A stretch of DNA of 64,000 bases, taken from Eledone cirrhosa (Eukaryota). The DNA lies in contig OZ024743.1 in NCBI GenBank assembly GCA_964016885.1, forward strand, positions 254,262,001-254,326,000, read 5' to 3'. A program made the position numbers and the translations under genes. Below the pieces are notes generated by a model. That model did no database searches. It was not told the origin of the DNA and saw nothing but the letters and a program-made list of their open reading frames with translations. Below, in pieces: positions 30,567 to 43,684 of this stretch. Position 1 is the first letter of the stretch; the number at the start of each line of letters is the position of its first letter.

Positions 30567-30732
30567 GTTATATAGTTATAGAGGTATTTATTTACGCTTT
30601 AATTTATATTTTTAATTATCGTGTCTATAGTCTGCCTTTCATCGGTTATAGATTCCATACACTAGTGGTTTTCCCTGTTTTATTGATGACGCACTGTATC
30701 TCTCTCTAGTGTGTTACCTTTTCAACATATTG

Positions 30733-30770
<38 letters not shown>

Positions 30771-30811
30771 AAATGAAAATCCGAAGGCAAGGTAAAATTC
30801 TAATCATTTAA

Positions 30812-30885
30812 TCACGATACATGTTTCAATAAGAGATAGATCGACTGTGAAGCCATGATCGATTATCACTCATCTCATCAGGTGA
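30812..30885 (-). ncRNA. Type I hammerhead ribozyme (left arm)
   Basis: TCAC-CTGATGA-[GAT..ATC hairpin]-GAAACATGTATC-GTGA on the minus strand. Confidence 0.65.
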
Positions 30886-31023
30886 AAATGAATTGTCTTC
30901 AAATTCTTGATATGAGGGATAAAAGAAAATAACGATGTTCTCTCACATTCATTCCATAATATTCTGTGAAAGAACATCGTTATTTTTTTCCCCTCATATC
31001 AAGAATTTGAAGACAATTGATTT

Positions 31024-31097
31024 TCACCTGATGAGATCAGTGATAATCGATCATGGCTTCACAATCGATCTATCTCTTATTGAAACATGTGTCGTGA
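31024..31097 (+). ncRNA. Type I hammerhead ribozyme (right arm)
   Basis: TCAC stem I, CTGATGA 31028-31034, GAAACATGTGTC 31082-31093, GTGA; GUC triplet. Confidence 0.8.
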
Positions 31098-31279
31098 TTA
31101 AATTATTCGAATTTTACCTTCCCTCCGGATTTTCATTTTGATAGTTATATTCCGTTTTACATCATCTAGTTGTTCCCTTGAATGGAATTGGAGGTATACA
31201 AAAGCGTGGAGAACTTAATATTGTTACATAAATTTATTAGACCATTTTACACAACCAATAATGCACCTTAATATATAAC

Positions 31280-31438
<159 letters not shown>

Positions 31439-31730
31439 AAGAATTAATATATCTACCAACATATTTATACAGATGTATACTTACGCTAGTAAAGATATAT
31501 GTTTTGTCTTAGTAACATTGTGGTTCGATACAAAGAGATGTAGAACAATTATATAAAAGACTGAAAATAAGAAAAATTATAGTAATTAACTTACTTCCTT
31601 AAATTTCACACCAACTGATTGGTTTCTGAAAGGGGATATACATAGTCATCAAATGGAGACCATGGAGAATACTTTCTTCATCGGGGAGACATTCTCGGCT
31701 AAGATTCCTGGCAATACACGGAAAAAAAGC

Positions 31731-34700
31731 GAGGGTCTCGCTTGTGGTATTTTCAAGTTCGCATGTCATCTCCCGGTTAAGACTGCGCATGCTTCGGTGA
31801 ATCTCATGCATGGAATCTTAGGGTATCGTATTACACGGGGTGACTAGCAGAAAATATACATTCTATGCTATCGCGCACGCGCTGGCCTGTGGCTACGACC
31901 GTGTCCAGTCTCGGGTAGTAGCAGACAGCAGGCAGACCAACTATACACACCCCTGTTCAAGGGGCACAACCCCTAACTTATCGAGTGGTCAGACTTCAAG
32001 GGAGTCAACTCTCCAAGCCCATTAAGTCCACTGTGGTGAAATACAAACAATTCCTATTAGTAAAGAACTAATCACTGATAATAAAGAACCAACTCAAGGG
32101 TAGTAGGTACGGTAGTGTCATCAATAAGAATACTATCAAGCTATCGTACTCTACAACCCCTAATATGGCCTCACACCTAGCTAAGACCAACAAGAGTAAG
32201 ATTAAAGAGGGACTTAAGGCCATCCGAAATAGTGAACCACGCCAGTACACACGACAACACGGGACCAACCCACTGAGTGAAAGACCCAGGGGGATAATAG
32301 GCAATAGAACCGGTCCCACTAGGCAGCCCCGCGGCCGCTTGGAGGGACATGCATCCTGATTGAGGAGCATGACCCTACTAAAAAGTGTAATTGCAGAAGG
32401 AAGGACAAATGCCCACTAGCTGGACACTGCCTTATTAGGAACGTGTTATATGCTTGTAACGTAACCACAGGCACGTATACTAAGACGTATGTGGGATCAA
32501 CCGCTAACGAGTTCAAGACGAGGTTCAACGCCCACCAGAATAGCTTCCGATATGAGAAGCTTAAAAATACCACGTCGTTAGCGGGGCATATACATAGCTT
32601 AAAACAAACAAAAAACCCCTACACACTAAGCTGGAGATGCCTTACTAAAGCTCCTCCATATATCTCGTTGAGCAGGTGTTGTAGCCTGTGCCTATCTGAA
32701 TCTCATGCCATAGTATTCTCAGGACTCAACTTGCTCAACAGGAGATCAGAAATCTTCTCGTCCTGCCCCCATACCATACTTAGCTCTTTCTTTTTCTTCA
32801 GACCAGACACATAGCCCTGACACCACCCAGTCCTGCACTTGGCGGCCCCGCTGGCGAACAGGGTGCTCTTTAGTAACCCCGGCCGCATGGATGCCTCGGC
32901 TCCCCGATTGGCGATGGGGACTCTGGTGAGGAACAGACGACCCTGTGTCCCACTTGCCAACCTGGGATTGGTGGCAACATTGTTGCTGGGCACCCTGGGG
33001 GCAGCTGATGCCTGCGATGTAGGACAATGTGAGTGCCTGGAACCACGTTGTCTAATCTGGGAAGGTGCCGTCGGAGGTGTATGTCAACAAACTCGAGAAC
33101 ATGCCCAGGGAAACAGTAACAAAACACCCAATATGGCGGCCGCTCCCTGCCTATAGCCACTCATCCCCCACCCCCTCCCTTAGTAAACCTCCGCCCAAAT
33201 AGATGCCCCTCCTCATTCGTTTGAGTTGGTTCTTTATTATCAGTGATTAGTTCTTTACTAATAGGAATTGTTTGTATTTCACCACAGTCGACTTAATGGA
33301 CTTGGAGAGTTGACTCCCTTGAAGTCTGACCACTCGATAAGTTAGGGGTTGTGCCCCTTGAACAGGGGTGTGTATAGCTGGTCTGCCTGCTGTCTGCTAC
33401 TACCCGAGACTGGACACGGTCGTAGCCACAGGCCAGCGCGTGCGCGATAGCATAGAATGTATATTTTCTGCTAGTCACCCCGTGTAATACGATACCCTAA
33501 GATTCCATGCATGAGATTCACTGAAGCATGCGCAGTCTTAACCGGGAGATGACATGCGAACTTGAAAATACCACAAGCGAGACCCTCTGGATAACGTAGA
33601 CGCCGGATCATACCCGCAAATACATACCCTGATCTGTCTTGAATATACAGGGCTGACGGAATATGGATAACACGACCACCATCTAAGCTGGGACCGACCC
33701 ATACAGCAAACAAAGAGGGGACAGCCCTTCGCTTTTGACCAGTCGCGTGTGGGCTTGGAGTTCGTAATATACCACCCCAGTCAAATCCACACTGATTTTT
33801 TTAACAATATAGCATGTAGACCAATACATCCTACGTAGTGAGACTTTGTACTTAGAATCGGCAGGCTGGTCTATCGCGAAAGCGTACAACCCCTGAAACT
33901 AAAAGATCGAACGGACCACATCCAGCAACCACTGGCTATTAGATCCACAGGTACATCTCCCAGAGAGTCCACGCAGCTGATAGTGAATCCCAGGTGATCC
34001 ATGAACTTTTAAAACAAGACCAGCTGTGCCTGGAGCTATGCAGATGACTACATACGCATAATGGATATCGTGCCTGGAGCTATGCAGATGACTACATACG
34101 CATAATGGATATCGCGCCCACACGGTCACCAGTACTGTTCATCCTGTTGTATGTATGTAAATATCCGTGCGCGGGATATCCCTGAGTACATTTTCTTGAC
34201 CATGAATTGTTAATCGATTGTTTGTTAATTAGGCAGGAATATACCATTGTGTATGTGCTAATCCTATGTGTTGCTGTGCATGTGTAAAGTATCCGAGCGC
34301 GAGATATCCCTGAGCTAATTTTGCCTGACAGTGTTTTGATTACTTGTTAATTAGGCAGGAATATATATTATTATGTCTTTGTTAATCCTGTATCAATAAT
34401 TTTATAATAATTTTTTTGTGATAATACATTGTTAGATTACTGAAGCTACCTTATACCTTAATTAGGCAGGAATATATATGATTATGCCTTTGTTAATCCT
34501 GTATCAATAATTTTATAATAATTTTATAATAATGTTTTGTGATAATACATTGTTAGATTACAGAAGCTACCTTATACCTTCTTAAAAATACATTTTATAA
34601 TTATTGTCTTTTTACTTATGTATTTTCTTATTTACCACTTTCTTTAATCTTGCCCAACTTGATAAACTCCTTGAATTGCTCCCTAATTAAATTACTTAAA

Positions 34701-35600
34701 TTATTTAAATTATTGTATCTATTATGCCTAAGTTGTATCTGTTGAAGCAGCCCTTTGAAAATTCCTCGGATATTCCAAATACCGTAATTTTTAACTTTTA
34801 ATGTATAATTTTCCTCAATTCGTTTTTATATATATCCTTAAAGGCTCTCTAAAATTTTAATTCTTCGAAGGGTCTCTCGGAAGAAGTTCCTATTAAAAAT
34901 ATTAAAGGGGCCTTTTCTGAGAGAATTATAGAAGGCTCTTTGAATTAATCTTTAATTGATTAGTTTCTTTCAACTTAGAAGGGAATATCAAAACTTCGTA
35001 AGTTTTCTGAAATTTGTAAACGCGATCTCGGGGGAAGAAGGTTTTTTTCTTTCGGAATAAAATTTTTTTTTCTCTAGAAGGAATTTCATAGGAAACTTTA
35101 TATATTTTTTAGGGAAACTTTATATTTTTATTTTTTATTTTATTAGCCTCTTAATTTCTTCTAGTCTAGTTGATTTATTGGAGCCTGTAAGCTTTATGCA
35201 CTTATTGAGGGATTTTCTAAGGTGCTTCTACGGGACCCCAAGTCTTTTAGTTTACTATTAATGCGTAAATTATATATTATCTAATTTTTAAACTTCAATC
35301 CCTGACCCGACAACTAATATAAAAGAGCCCCCTTAGAATTTAGACCCCAACTATACAAGCGGAGTTGCTGATGTATACCACAATTTCAAACTGCTAGCCT
35401 TAAGTGATACGTTGATGTAAATAATGATCTTACAATCACATGTTATATGCCTTGAAAAGTCCCACCATGTGGTCGGACGAAACGGCTGTCGGCAATAAAC
35501 TTGTTATAATGTCATAATAGTTCCTTTGTTCTTTTTCACTAACATTTCTGCTCTGCGTATACGCATAGAGCTTAACTAGCTACCGTCACATATTTGGTAG
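31731..35600 (+). mobile_element. 5'-truncated Penelope-like element: GIY-YIG region, ~367-bp inverted 5' arm, long 3' region ending in a decayed hammerhead
   Basis: INKNTIKLSYSTTPN, CNCRRKDKCPLAGHC, VLYAC..TYVGST..FKTRF, CSLCLSE..LLNRRSE (32098-32814, one frameshift); inverted repeat 31731-32097/33221-33587; TGCC-TTGAAAA-GTCC..GGAC-GAAACGGCTGTC-GGCA at 35448-35494. Confidence 0.88.
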
Positions 35601-35645
35601 GTCAGACGTGATCATCGCGATTCACATACGACCTACCATACATCT

Positions 35646-35741
<96 letters not shown>

Positions 35742-35796
35742 TATATGCATATACATATATATATATACATATATATATACATATACATATATATAT

Positions 35797-35879
<83 letters not shown>

Positions 35880-35959
35880 TATTCCGGGTTGAATCGGAGG
35901 TAACCACAGTAAGTAAGGTACTCAATACATACCAGAGTATAAAAATGTTAATATAGATG

Positions 35960-36010
35960 AGATTCTACAGGACTAGAACTGTTTCATTCATTAGAAATCA
36001 TCAGGAATCT
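35960..36010 (-). ncRNA. Type I hammerhead ribozyme
   Basis: Reverse complement of 36704-36754. Confidence 0.8.
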
Positions 36011-36703
36011 GGGTATCAAAAAATAAGTATGGTATATATAGGTCTCCACAAGTGGTAGGAGGGGTGGGGAGCGGGATGGGTGTAGGTCATTGGTTAATAG
36101 AATTCATTAAAAGCTAATTCTACAAAGCTATAGTTTATTTTTATTTTTAGAGTAACAAAGGCAGAAAGAGTTCTATAAACAGGTTCAGGATGGCATGCCA
36201 ATCCTTATTATTAAGTTTCTCTTGAGCTAACAGGTGTCTATAAAATCAGTGGGGGTCAGTCATGGTAGATAGATTTAAAGGAATGTGACTGTTGATTTTG
36301 GCATATAGTTGAATAGTTTAAGAGAAATTTGAGGACAATTGTAAGATATGCACTCAATATATTGAATTTGTCTACAGAATTCTAAACCTTTGTCACTTAG
36401 TAAAGAATTAGCTTTTCAAGAATCTCCCTTTCCTTTAAACCTATCTACCGTGACTGACCCCCACTGATTTTATAGACACCTGTTAGCTCAAGAGAAACTT
36501 AATAATAAGGATTGGCATGCCATCCTGAACCTGTTTATAGAATTCTTTCTGCCTTTGTTACTCTAAAAATAAAAATAAACTATAGCTTTGTAGAATTAGC
36601 TTTTAATGAATTCTATCAACCAATGACCTACACCCATCCGGCTCCCCACCCTCTCCTACCACTTGTGGAGACCTATATATACCATACTTATTTTTTGATA
36701 CCC

Positions 36704-36754
36704 AGATTCCTGATGATTTCTAATGAATGAAACAGTTCTAGTCCTGTAGAATCT
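36704..36754 (+). ncRNA. Type I hammerhead ribozyme
   Basis: AGATTC-CTGATGA-TTTCTAATGAAT-GAAACAG-TTCTAGTC-CTGTA-GAATCT; GUA triplet. Confidence 0.8.
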
Positions 36755-36790
36755 CATCTATATTAAAACTATTAATATATATATATACAT

Positions 36791-36831
<41 letters not shown>

Positions 36832-36866
36832 CATATATATATACACATATATATACATATATATAC

Positions 36867-36959
<93 letters not shown>

Positions 36960-36960
36960 T

Positions 36961-38972
36961 ATTGAAGATGTGTATGACTGTCTTAAGCAATCAACAGAGG
37001 AAGTTGCACTTGCCACCCTATCTAAAAAGAAAAGCCGAAGCCAAATGAAACCTAGTACCTCAGAGGAGGTAGTTGAGGCAAGGGCCCATCTTAGGTCAAT
37101 ATCCCAATCTCACCATCAATCACCATCTCAAGGGAAAAAGATACAACTTATCATGGCCAAAAAATCACTAGACGACGCTTATCTTAATGCTGAGCCGACT
37201 ATATCTCAGGTAGGATTGATCAGCTATAGCAACATCACATCAGCAAACACCATTATCTTGCTTGGAATGTTGTCAAAGATCTTTCAAGCAAAAACTCAAA
37301 CTCTGCAGTTAGAATCAAAGGAGGCTCTTCCAAAAAACGTCTTGAAAATTGGTCTGCTCATTTTAAAAACCTTCTAGGGAAAAAGGCCAGACTCCCTGAT
37401 AACTATCAACTGCCATCCGTTCAGGTTTCAGAGCCTTTAGGAATCAACACCTCTCCTTTCACCATGCCTGAGTTCAAAGAAGCCATCAAACAGCTCAAAG
37501 CCTCAAAAGCCTTTGGGCTGGATAATATACCTACCCTGATTTGGAAGGATGAGCATTTCCACATCCTTTTGCTCAACTTATGTAACCATACTTTCGAGAC
37601 CAATAAACCACCTAGCGTCAGGCATGCAGCTCAAATTATCCCCATGCCCCAAAAAGGAGATCCATCTTTAGCCACCAACTATAGAGGAATTCCTCTCATG
37701 GCAATTGCTGCAAAAATATACAACAAGCTTCTTCTTAACCGCTTAATCCCATTTCTTGAGCCAATCCTTCGTAACAACCAGAATGGATTTAGGAGACGTA
37801 GATCAACACTTAGCCAGATTCTCAGCCTTCGCCGACTTATAGAGGAGACCCAAAACCGCAATCTAGATCTTGCACTCATCTTTGTTGATTTTTCAAAAGC
37901 CTTCGACTCAGTTGACAGGTCGGGGATGTTTGAAATTCTACAACTCTATGGGATTCCTGATAAAATCATCGCGGCCATACGTGTAATGTATACAGATACC
38001 AAATCAACTGTCCTGACCCCAGATGGGGAAACACCACCTTTCTCAATCCTCGCTGGAATTTTACAGGGCGATACCCTTGCTCCGTATCTATTTATCATTG
38101 TTGTGGATTATGTTTTGCGCATGTCTGTGGATAGGATTCAGGATAGGGGATACCAACTACAGCCTAGGAGAAGCTCACGCTACCCAGCAAAATACTTGAC
38201 CGACACCGACTTTGCTGACGACATCGCATTGACCAGTCGGTCACTGGAAAATGCTGAGAGTCTTTCGAAGTCATTAGAGCAAGCGTCCAACCGTGTTGGA
38301 CTGTACCTCAACGAATCCAAGACTGAGTATGTGAACAGATGCGCAAAAAGCCCAAACTACCCCATCAGAACCCTTAATGGTACCACCCTTAAGCAGGTGG
38401 AAGATTACAAGTATCTTGGCTCATATATCTCCTCCTCCAAAAAAGATTTTCTAACCAGGAAGGGTATGGCATGGTCAGCGTGCAATGACATGCACGCCAT
38501 ATGGACATCTCAACTTACCAACAAGCTAAAACTGGAAATATTCCAAGCAACCATTAAGCCCATATTACTTTATGGATCCGAAACTTGGACACTAACATCA
38601 CAATTTGAGAGGAGATTGGATGGCACATATACCCGCCTCTTAATGAGAGTGCAAAACCTATCCTGGAAACGACATCCAACCTTGTCTAAAATCTATGGCA
38701 AACTCCCTCGATGCTCTGCCCTTCTAAAATCCCGGAGAGCTCAATTTGCTGGCCACTGTCACCGTGCCAGCAATGAAATCATATCCGCTCTCTTGCTCTG
38801 GAACCCTGACTCCAGCCTGACTAGGAGTAGGAAGCTGTCATTCCCTGACGTTATCTCTAGGGATACGGGAATCAGTAGACAGGACCTGGGGGCAGCGATG
38901 GGGGACAGGGAATTCTGGGGCATGAGAGTGAGATCCATCATCTCGACAGTAGTCGACGAGTGATGATGATGA
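36961..38972 (+). mobile_element. 5'-truncated RTE-like LINE inserted in (TA)n
   Basis: Frameshifted upstream linker 36970-37460, open RT frame, (TGA)n tail starting at the stop codon. Confidence 0.85.
37464..38963 (+). CDS. Non-LTR reverse transcriptase (partial, RTE-like)
   Basis: [46 protein letters not shown]. Confidence 0.9.
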   Translation: MPEFKEAIKQLKASKAFGLDNIPTLIWKDEHFHILLLNLCNHTFETNKPPSVRHAAQIIPMPQKGDPSLATNYRGIPLMAIAAKIYNKLLLNRLIPFLEPILRNNQNGFRRRRSTLSQILSLRRLIEETQNRNLDLALIFVDFSKAFDSVDRSGMFEILQLYGIPDKIIAAIRVMYTDTKSTVLTPDGETPPFSILAGILQGDTLAPYLFIIVVDYVLRMSVDRIQDRGYQLQPRRSSRYPAKYLTDTDFADDIALTSRSLENAESLSKSLEQASNRVGLYLNESKTEYVNRCAKSPNYPIRTLNGTTLKQVEDYKYLGSYISSSKKDFLTRKGMAWSACNDMHAIWTSQLTNKLKLEIFQATIKPILLYGSETWTLTSQFERRLDGTYTRLLMRVQNLSWKRHPTLSKIYGKLPRCSALLKSRRAQFAGHCHRASNEIISALLLWNPDSSLTRSRKLSFPDVISRDTGISRQDLGAAMGDREFWGMRVRSIISTVVDE

Positions 38973-39008
38973 TATATATATACATATTTATATATATATA
39001 TACATATT

Positions 39009-39080
<72 letters not shown>

Positions 39081-39124
39081 TATGTACATATATATATATA
39101 TATATATTATATATATACATATAC

Positions 39125-39213
<89 letters not shown>

Positions 39214-39252
39214 TATATGCACACACATATATATAGATATATGCACACACAC

Positions 39253-39439
<187 letters not shown>

Positions 39440-39464
39440 AATATATATATATATATATATATAC

Positions 39465-41016
39465 AATCTTGCCAATCTGTGGCGGAACTCACTGGATGCT
39501 GGATATGTGCCAGAAAACCTTCTATCCCAGTCTGTTGTCCCAGTTTTCAAAAAGGGAAACAAATCCCTTGCCGTGAATTACCGTCCAATCTCACTCACCT
39601 CTCATATCATTAAGGTATTTGAGCGAGTGGTGAGATCGCGAATGACCCACTTCCTTGAGAGTAACAATATGCTGAACTCCAACCAGCATGGATTCCGTAA
39701 TGGAAGGGATTGCCTGACGCAACTACTGCATCACTTTGATGACATTTTGAGAGCCTTGGGAGAGGGTTCCAACACTGATGTTATCTACCTTGATTTCAGC
39801 AAGGCCTTTGACAGGGTTGATCATAACATTCTACTGAGAAAGCTGTCCAATATTGGTGTCACTGGAAAGCTGCTGCAGTGGATCAAGAGCTTCCTGTCAA
39901 ACAGAACCCAACATGTTGTAGTTGAGGGAGTCAAATCAAGCCCAGCCAAAGTCAGTAGTGGAGTCCCACAAGGCACTGTGTTGGGCCCACTTCTCTTCAT
40001 CATCTATATTAATGACATCACTGACATCATCAAACACAGCAACATTAAAATTTTCGCTGATGATTCCAAGCTCCAAAAGGTCATCAATGGCGTGGATGAC
40101 CGGATAAGCCTTCAGTCAGACCTACTGGCTGTTACCCAATGGGCAGAAAAGAACAACATGTTACTGAACGAAGACAAATTCGAACTGATCCACTTTGGAA
40201 AAGAGGATGCTCTGAAACTCCCGTACTCCCTTCCCTCCGGGGAAACTCTCGTGGCATCTAACAACATCAGAGACTTGGGAGTAACCGTGGACAGCAACAT
40301 AAGCTGGACCACGCATATAAGCAGCAAAGTTGACATGGCCCGCAGAATGTGTTCCTGGATCCTCAGAACCTTCCAGTCGAGAGATTCCCGCACCATTATC
40401 CTTCTCTTCTCTACTTTCGCCCGACCACACCTTGAATACTGTTGTCCACTGTGGTCTCCCCACACGAAACAAAGTATCATGAAACTTGAAGCTCCTCAAA
40501 GGGCAATCACGAAAAAGATAGATGGCATGTCAGACCTTGACTACTGGGGTCGATTGGAAAACCTGAAACTTTACTCACTCCAACGTCGCCGTGAGCGTTA
40601 TATTATCTGCATGATGTGGAAAATGTTCCATCATCACTGCCCAAATGATGTTGGCATCGCCTTCAAGATACACCCAAGGCTTGGGCCCCGTGCTATCCGT
40701 CCCATTCAAAAATCTAAATCGCAACTCATAACAACAATACGGCACAATTATTTCACCTCAATCGGCCCTGCTCTCTTCAACATCACACCAGGACACGTCA
40801 AAACAGAAACTGACCACACAAAATTCAAGAAGTCTTTGGACAAATTCCTCCAAGTAATCCCGGACAAACCACCCACACCCGGATATGTCTCCGCAAACAG
40901 TAATTCTCTTCTCGAATGGGCCATGGTGCCCAAATCCTGAATTGAAAGACTTCGCCAGGTGGTGCTATTAAGTTAGACATGGCCTGGGCCAATACTGGCC
41001 AAAACATTTCAAAGTT
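39465..41016 (+). mobile_element. 5'-truncated CR1/L2-group LINE inserted in (TA)n
   Basis: Open RT frame from the truncation point, ~75-bp 3' UTR, (TA)n on both sides. Confidence 0.85.
39507..40940 (+). CDS. Non-LTR reverse transcriptase (partial, CR1/L2 group)
   Basis: [59 protein letters not shown]. Confidence 0.92.
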   Translation: MPENLLSQSVVPVFKKGNKSLAVNYRPISLTSHIIKVFERVVRSRMTHFLESNNMLNSNQHGFRNGRDCLTQLLHHFDDILRALGEGSNTDVIYLDFSKAFDRVDHNILLRKLSNIGVTGKLLQWIKSFLSNRTQHVVVEGVKSSPAKVSSGVPQGTVLGPLLFIIYINDITDIIKHSNIKIFADDSKLQKVINGVDDRISLQSDLLAVTQWAEKNNMLLNEDKFELIHFGKEDALKLPYSLPSGETLVASNNIRDLGVTVDSNISWTTHISSKVDMARRMCSWILRTFQSRDSRTIILLFSTFARPHLEYCCPLWSPHTKQSIMKLEAPQRAITKKIDGMSDLDYWGRLENLKLYSLQRRRERYIICMMWKMFHHHCPNDVGIAFKIHPRLGPRAIRPIQKSKSQLITTIRHNYFTSIGPALFNITPGHVKTETDHTKFKKSLDKFLQVIPDKPPTPGYVSANSNSLLEWAMVPKS

Positions 41017-41021
41017 ATATA

Positions 41022-41127
<106 letters not shown>

Positions 41128-41405
41128 TATGTATATACATATATATATACACATATATATATATACATATATATATGTATATATAATTAAGTTAAAAATG
41201 TACATCCACATATGTATACTGAAATACTAGTATGCATATGAATACACACACGTATACATATGTAGATGTACCGAGTTTTTCACTGGTCACTTTACTGTGA
41301 GTGTCCAGCTATTCTGTATGTAAACACACAGACAAACCGGTTTTTAGAGTCATACTGGTTTTTTAGGAAACACCTTTCCTCTATTCTCCAGAAAGCCAGA
41401 CAAGG

Positions 41406-41450
41406 AATATTGAACTAGTTTCGATGTTGTTACATCTCATCAGCAATATT
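41406..41450 (-). ncRNA. Minimal type I hammerhead ribozyme, array copy 1
   Basis: Reverse complement of 42073-42117. Confidence 0.85.
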
Positions 41451-41871
41451 TACCTATCTTCCGGCCTCTCTAGAGAATCGTAAAAGCACATATCGTTATA
41501 TGCTTTTTCTATGAAAATTAGTAGTGGGCAGACTAATTTGCATAGAGCGTGAGTACGTACCGGTTCAACGGAGACGATAAAAACAAATAACGAAACGAAA
41601 TTAAATTTCGTTTCGTTTGTAACTCACTTTTGTATGACTGACGCTTAAACAATTAAGTTAAAAATGTACATCCACATATGTATACTGAAATACTAGTATG
41701 CATATGAATACACACACGTATACATATGTAGATGTACCGAGTTTTTCACTGGTCACTTTACTGTGAGTGTCCAGCTATTCTGTATGTAAACACACAGACA
41801 AACCGGTTTTTAGAGTCATACTCGTTTTTTAGGAAACACCTTTCCTCTATTCTCCAGAAAGCCAGACAAGG

Positions 41872-41916
41872 AATATTGAACTAGTTTCGATGTTGTTACA
41901 TCTCATCAGCAATATT
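41872..41916 (-). ncRNA. Minimal type I hammerhead ribozyme, array copy 2
   Basis: Reverse complement of 42073-42117. Confidence 0.85.
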
Positions 41917-42072
41917 TACCTATCTTCCGGCCTCTCTTGAGAATCGTAAAAGCACATATCGTTATATGCTTTTTCTATGAAAATTAGTAGTCTGCCCACT
42001 ACTAATTTTCATAGAAAAAGCATATAACGATATGTGCTTTTACGAATCTCTAGAGAGGCCGGAAGATAGGTA

Positions 42073-42117
42073 AATATTGCTGATGAGATGTAACAACATC
42101 GAAACTAGTTCAATATT
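42073..42117 (+). ncRNA. Minimal type I hammerhead ribozyme, array copy 3
   Basis: AATATTG-CTGATGA-GATGT(AACA)ACATC-GAAACTAGTT-CAATATT: 7-bp stem I, 5-bp stem II, palindromic AACTAGTT stem III, GUU triplet. Confidence 0.88.
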
Positions 42118-42538
42118 CCTTGTCTGGCTTTCTGGAGAATAGAGGAAAGGTGTTTCCTAAAAAACCAGTATGACTCTAAAAACCGGTTTGTCTGTGTGTT
42201 TACATACAGAATAGCTGGACACTCACAGTAAAGTGACCAGTGAAAAACTCGGTACATCTACATATGTATACGTGTGTGTATTCATATGCATACTAGTATT
42301 TCAGTATACATATGTGGATGTACATTTTTAACTTAATTGTTTAAGCGTCAGTCATACAAAAGTGAGTTACAAACGAAACGAAATTTAATTTCGTTTCGTT
42401 ATTTGTTTTTATCGTCTCCGTTGAACCGGTACGTACTCACGCTCTATGCAAATTAGTCTGCCCACTACTAATTTTCATAGAAAAAGCATATAACGATATG
42501 TGCTTTTACGATTCTCTAGAGAGGCCGGAAGATAGGTA

Positions 42539-42583
42539 AATATTGCTGATGAGATGTAACAACATCGAAACTAGTTCAATATT
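42539..42583 (+). ncRNA. Minimal type I hammerhead ribozyme, array copy 4
   Basis: Identical to 42073-42117, 466 bp downstream. Confidence 0.88.
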
Positions 42584-43004
42584 CCTTGTCTGGCTTTCTG
42601 GAGAATAGAGGAAAGGTGTTTCCTAAAAAACCAGTATGACTCTAAAAACCGGTTTGTCTGTGTGTTTACATACAGAATAGCTGGACACTCACAGTAAAGT
42701 GACCAGTGAAAAACTCGGTACATCTACATATGTATACGTGTGTGTATTCATATGCATACTAGTATTTCAGTATACATATGTGGATGTACATTTTTAACTT
42801 AATTGTTTAAGCGTCAGTCATACAAAAGTGAGTTACAAACGAAACGAAATTTAATTTCGTTTCGTTATTTGTTTTTATCGTCTCCGTTGAACCGGTACGT
42901 ACTCACGCTCTATGCAAATTAGTCTGCCCACTACTAATTTTCATAGAAAAAGCATATAACGATATGTGCTTTTACGATTCTCTAGAGAGGCCGGAAGATA
43001 GGTA

Positions 43005-43049
43005 AATATTGCTGATGAGATGTAACAACATCGAAACTAGTTCAATATT
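43005..43049 (+). ncRNA. Minimal type I hammerhead ribozyme, array copy 5
   Basis: Identical to 42073-42117, 932 bp downstream. Confidence 0.88.
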
Positions 43050-43337
43050 CCTTGTCTGGCTTTCTGGAGAATAGAGGAAAGGTGTTTCCTAAAAAACCAG
43101 TATGACTCTAAAAACCGGTTTGTCTGTGTGTTTACATACAGAATAGCTGGACACTCACAGTAAAGTGACCAGTGAAAAACTCGGTACATCTACATATGTA
43201 TACGTGTGTGTATTCATATGCATACTAGTATTTCAGTATACATATGTGGATGTACATTTTTAACTTAATTGTTTAAGCGTCAGTCATACAAAAGTGAGTT
43301 ACAAACGAAACGAAATTTAATTTCGTTTCGTTATTTG

Positions 43338-43376
<39 letters not shown>

Positions 43377-43399
43377 TTATATATATATATATACATATT

Positions 43400-43477
<78 letters not shown>

Positions 43478-43530
43478 TAAACAAATAATGAATAAACAAT
43501 GAAACAGTTCCTTATATTAAACAAAAAAAG

Positions 43531-43684
43531 TTCATTATTTAACGATCGTTTCTAGTATATATATGTGTTAGAATTGGCATGCATATTCAACAGATCTATG
43601 TACAAAATTATACAAAATTATACAAACTATCAAGATTAAACATACATACCAACACATATATACGCCGTCTTCAGAAATAATGAA
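43531..43684 (-). ncRNA. Type I hammerhead ribozyme with ~115-nt stem II insertion
   Basis: Near-exact reverse complement of 49579-49732. Confidence 0.72.

Larger units (their letters stand above)
30766..31270. mobile_element. Fold-back PLE pseudo-LTR (~180-bp arms, ~19-nt loop)
   Basis: 30766-30946 is inverted at 30965-31143; (TA)n on both flanks. Confidence 0.8.
35883..36766. mobile_element. Fold-back PLE pseudo-LTR element (same family as the 15706-15901 palindrome)
   Basis: 35948-36282 is inverted at 36431-36766; tail 35883-35947 matches about 15835-15893 in reverse complement. Confidence 0.8.
41185..43342. repeat. 466-bp tandem array with central inversion, one hammerhead per unit (retrozyme-like)
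   Basis: About 1.7 units in minus orientation (41185-41990) then about 2.9 units in plus orientation; exact 466-bp period; only a few substitutions; no ORF; (TA)n flanks. Confidence 0.92.

Noticed and set aside
41185-43342. CRISPR array or ordinary satellite interpretation
   Set aside because: Units are 466 bp with no unique spacers and no cas genes; each unit carries a hammerhead.
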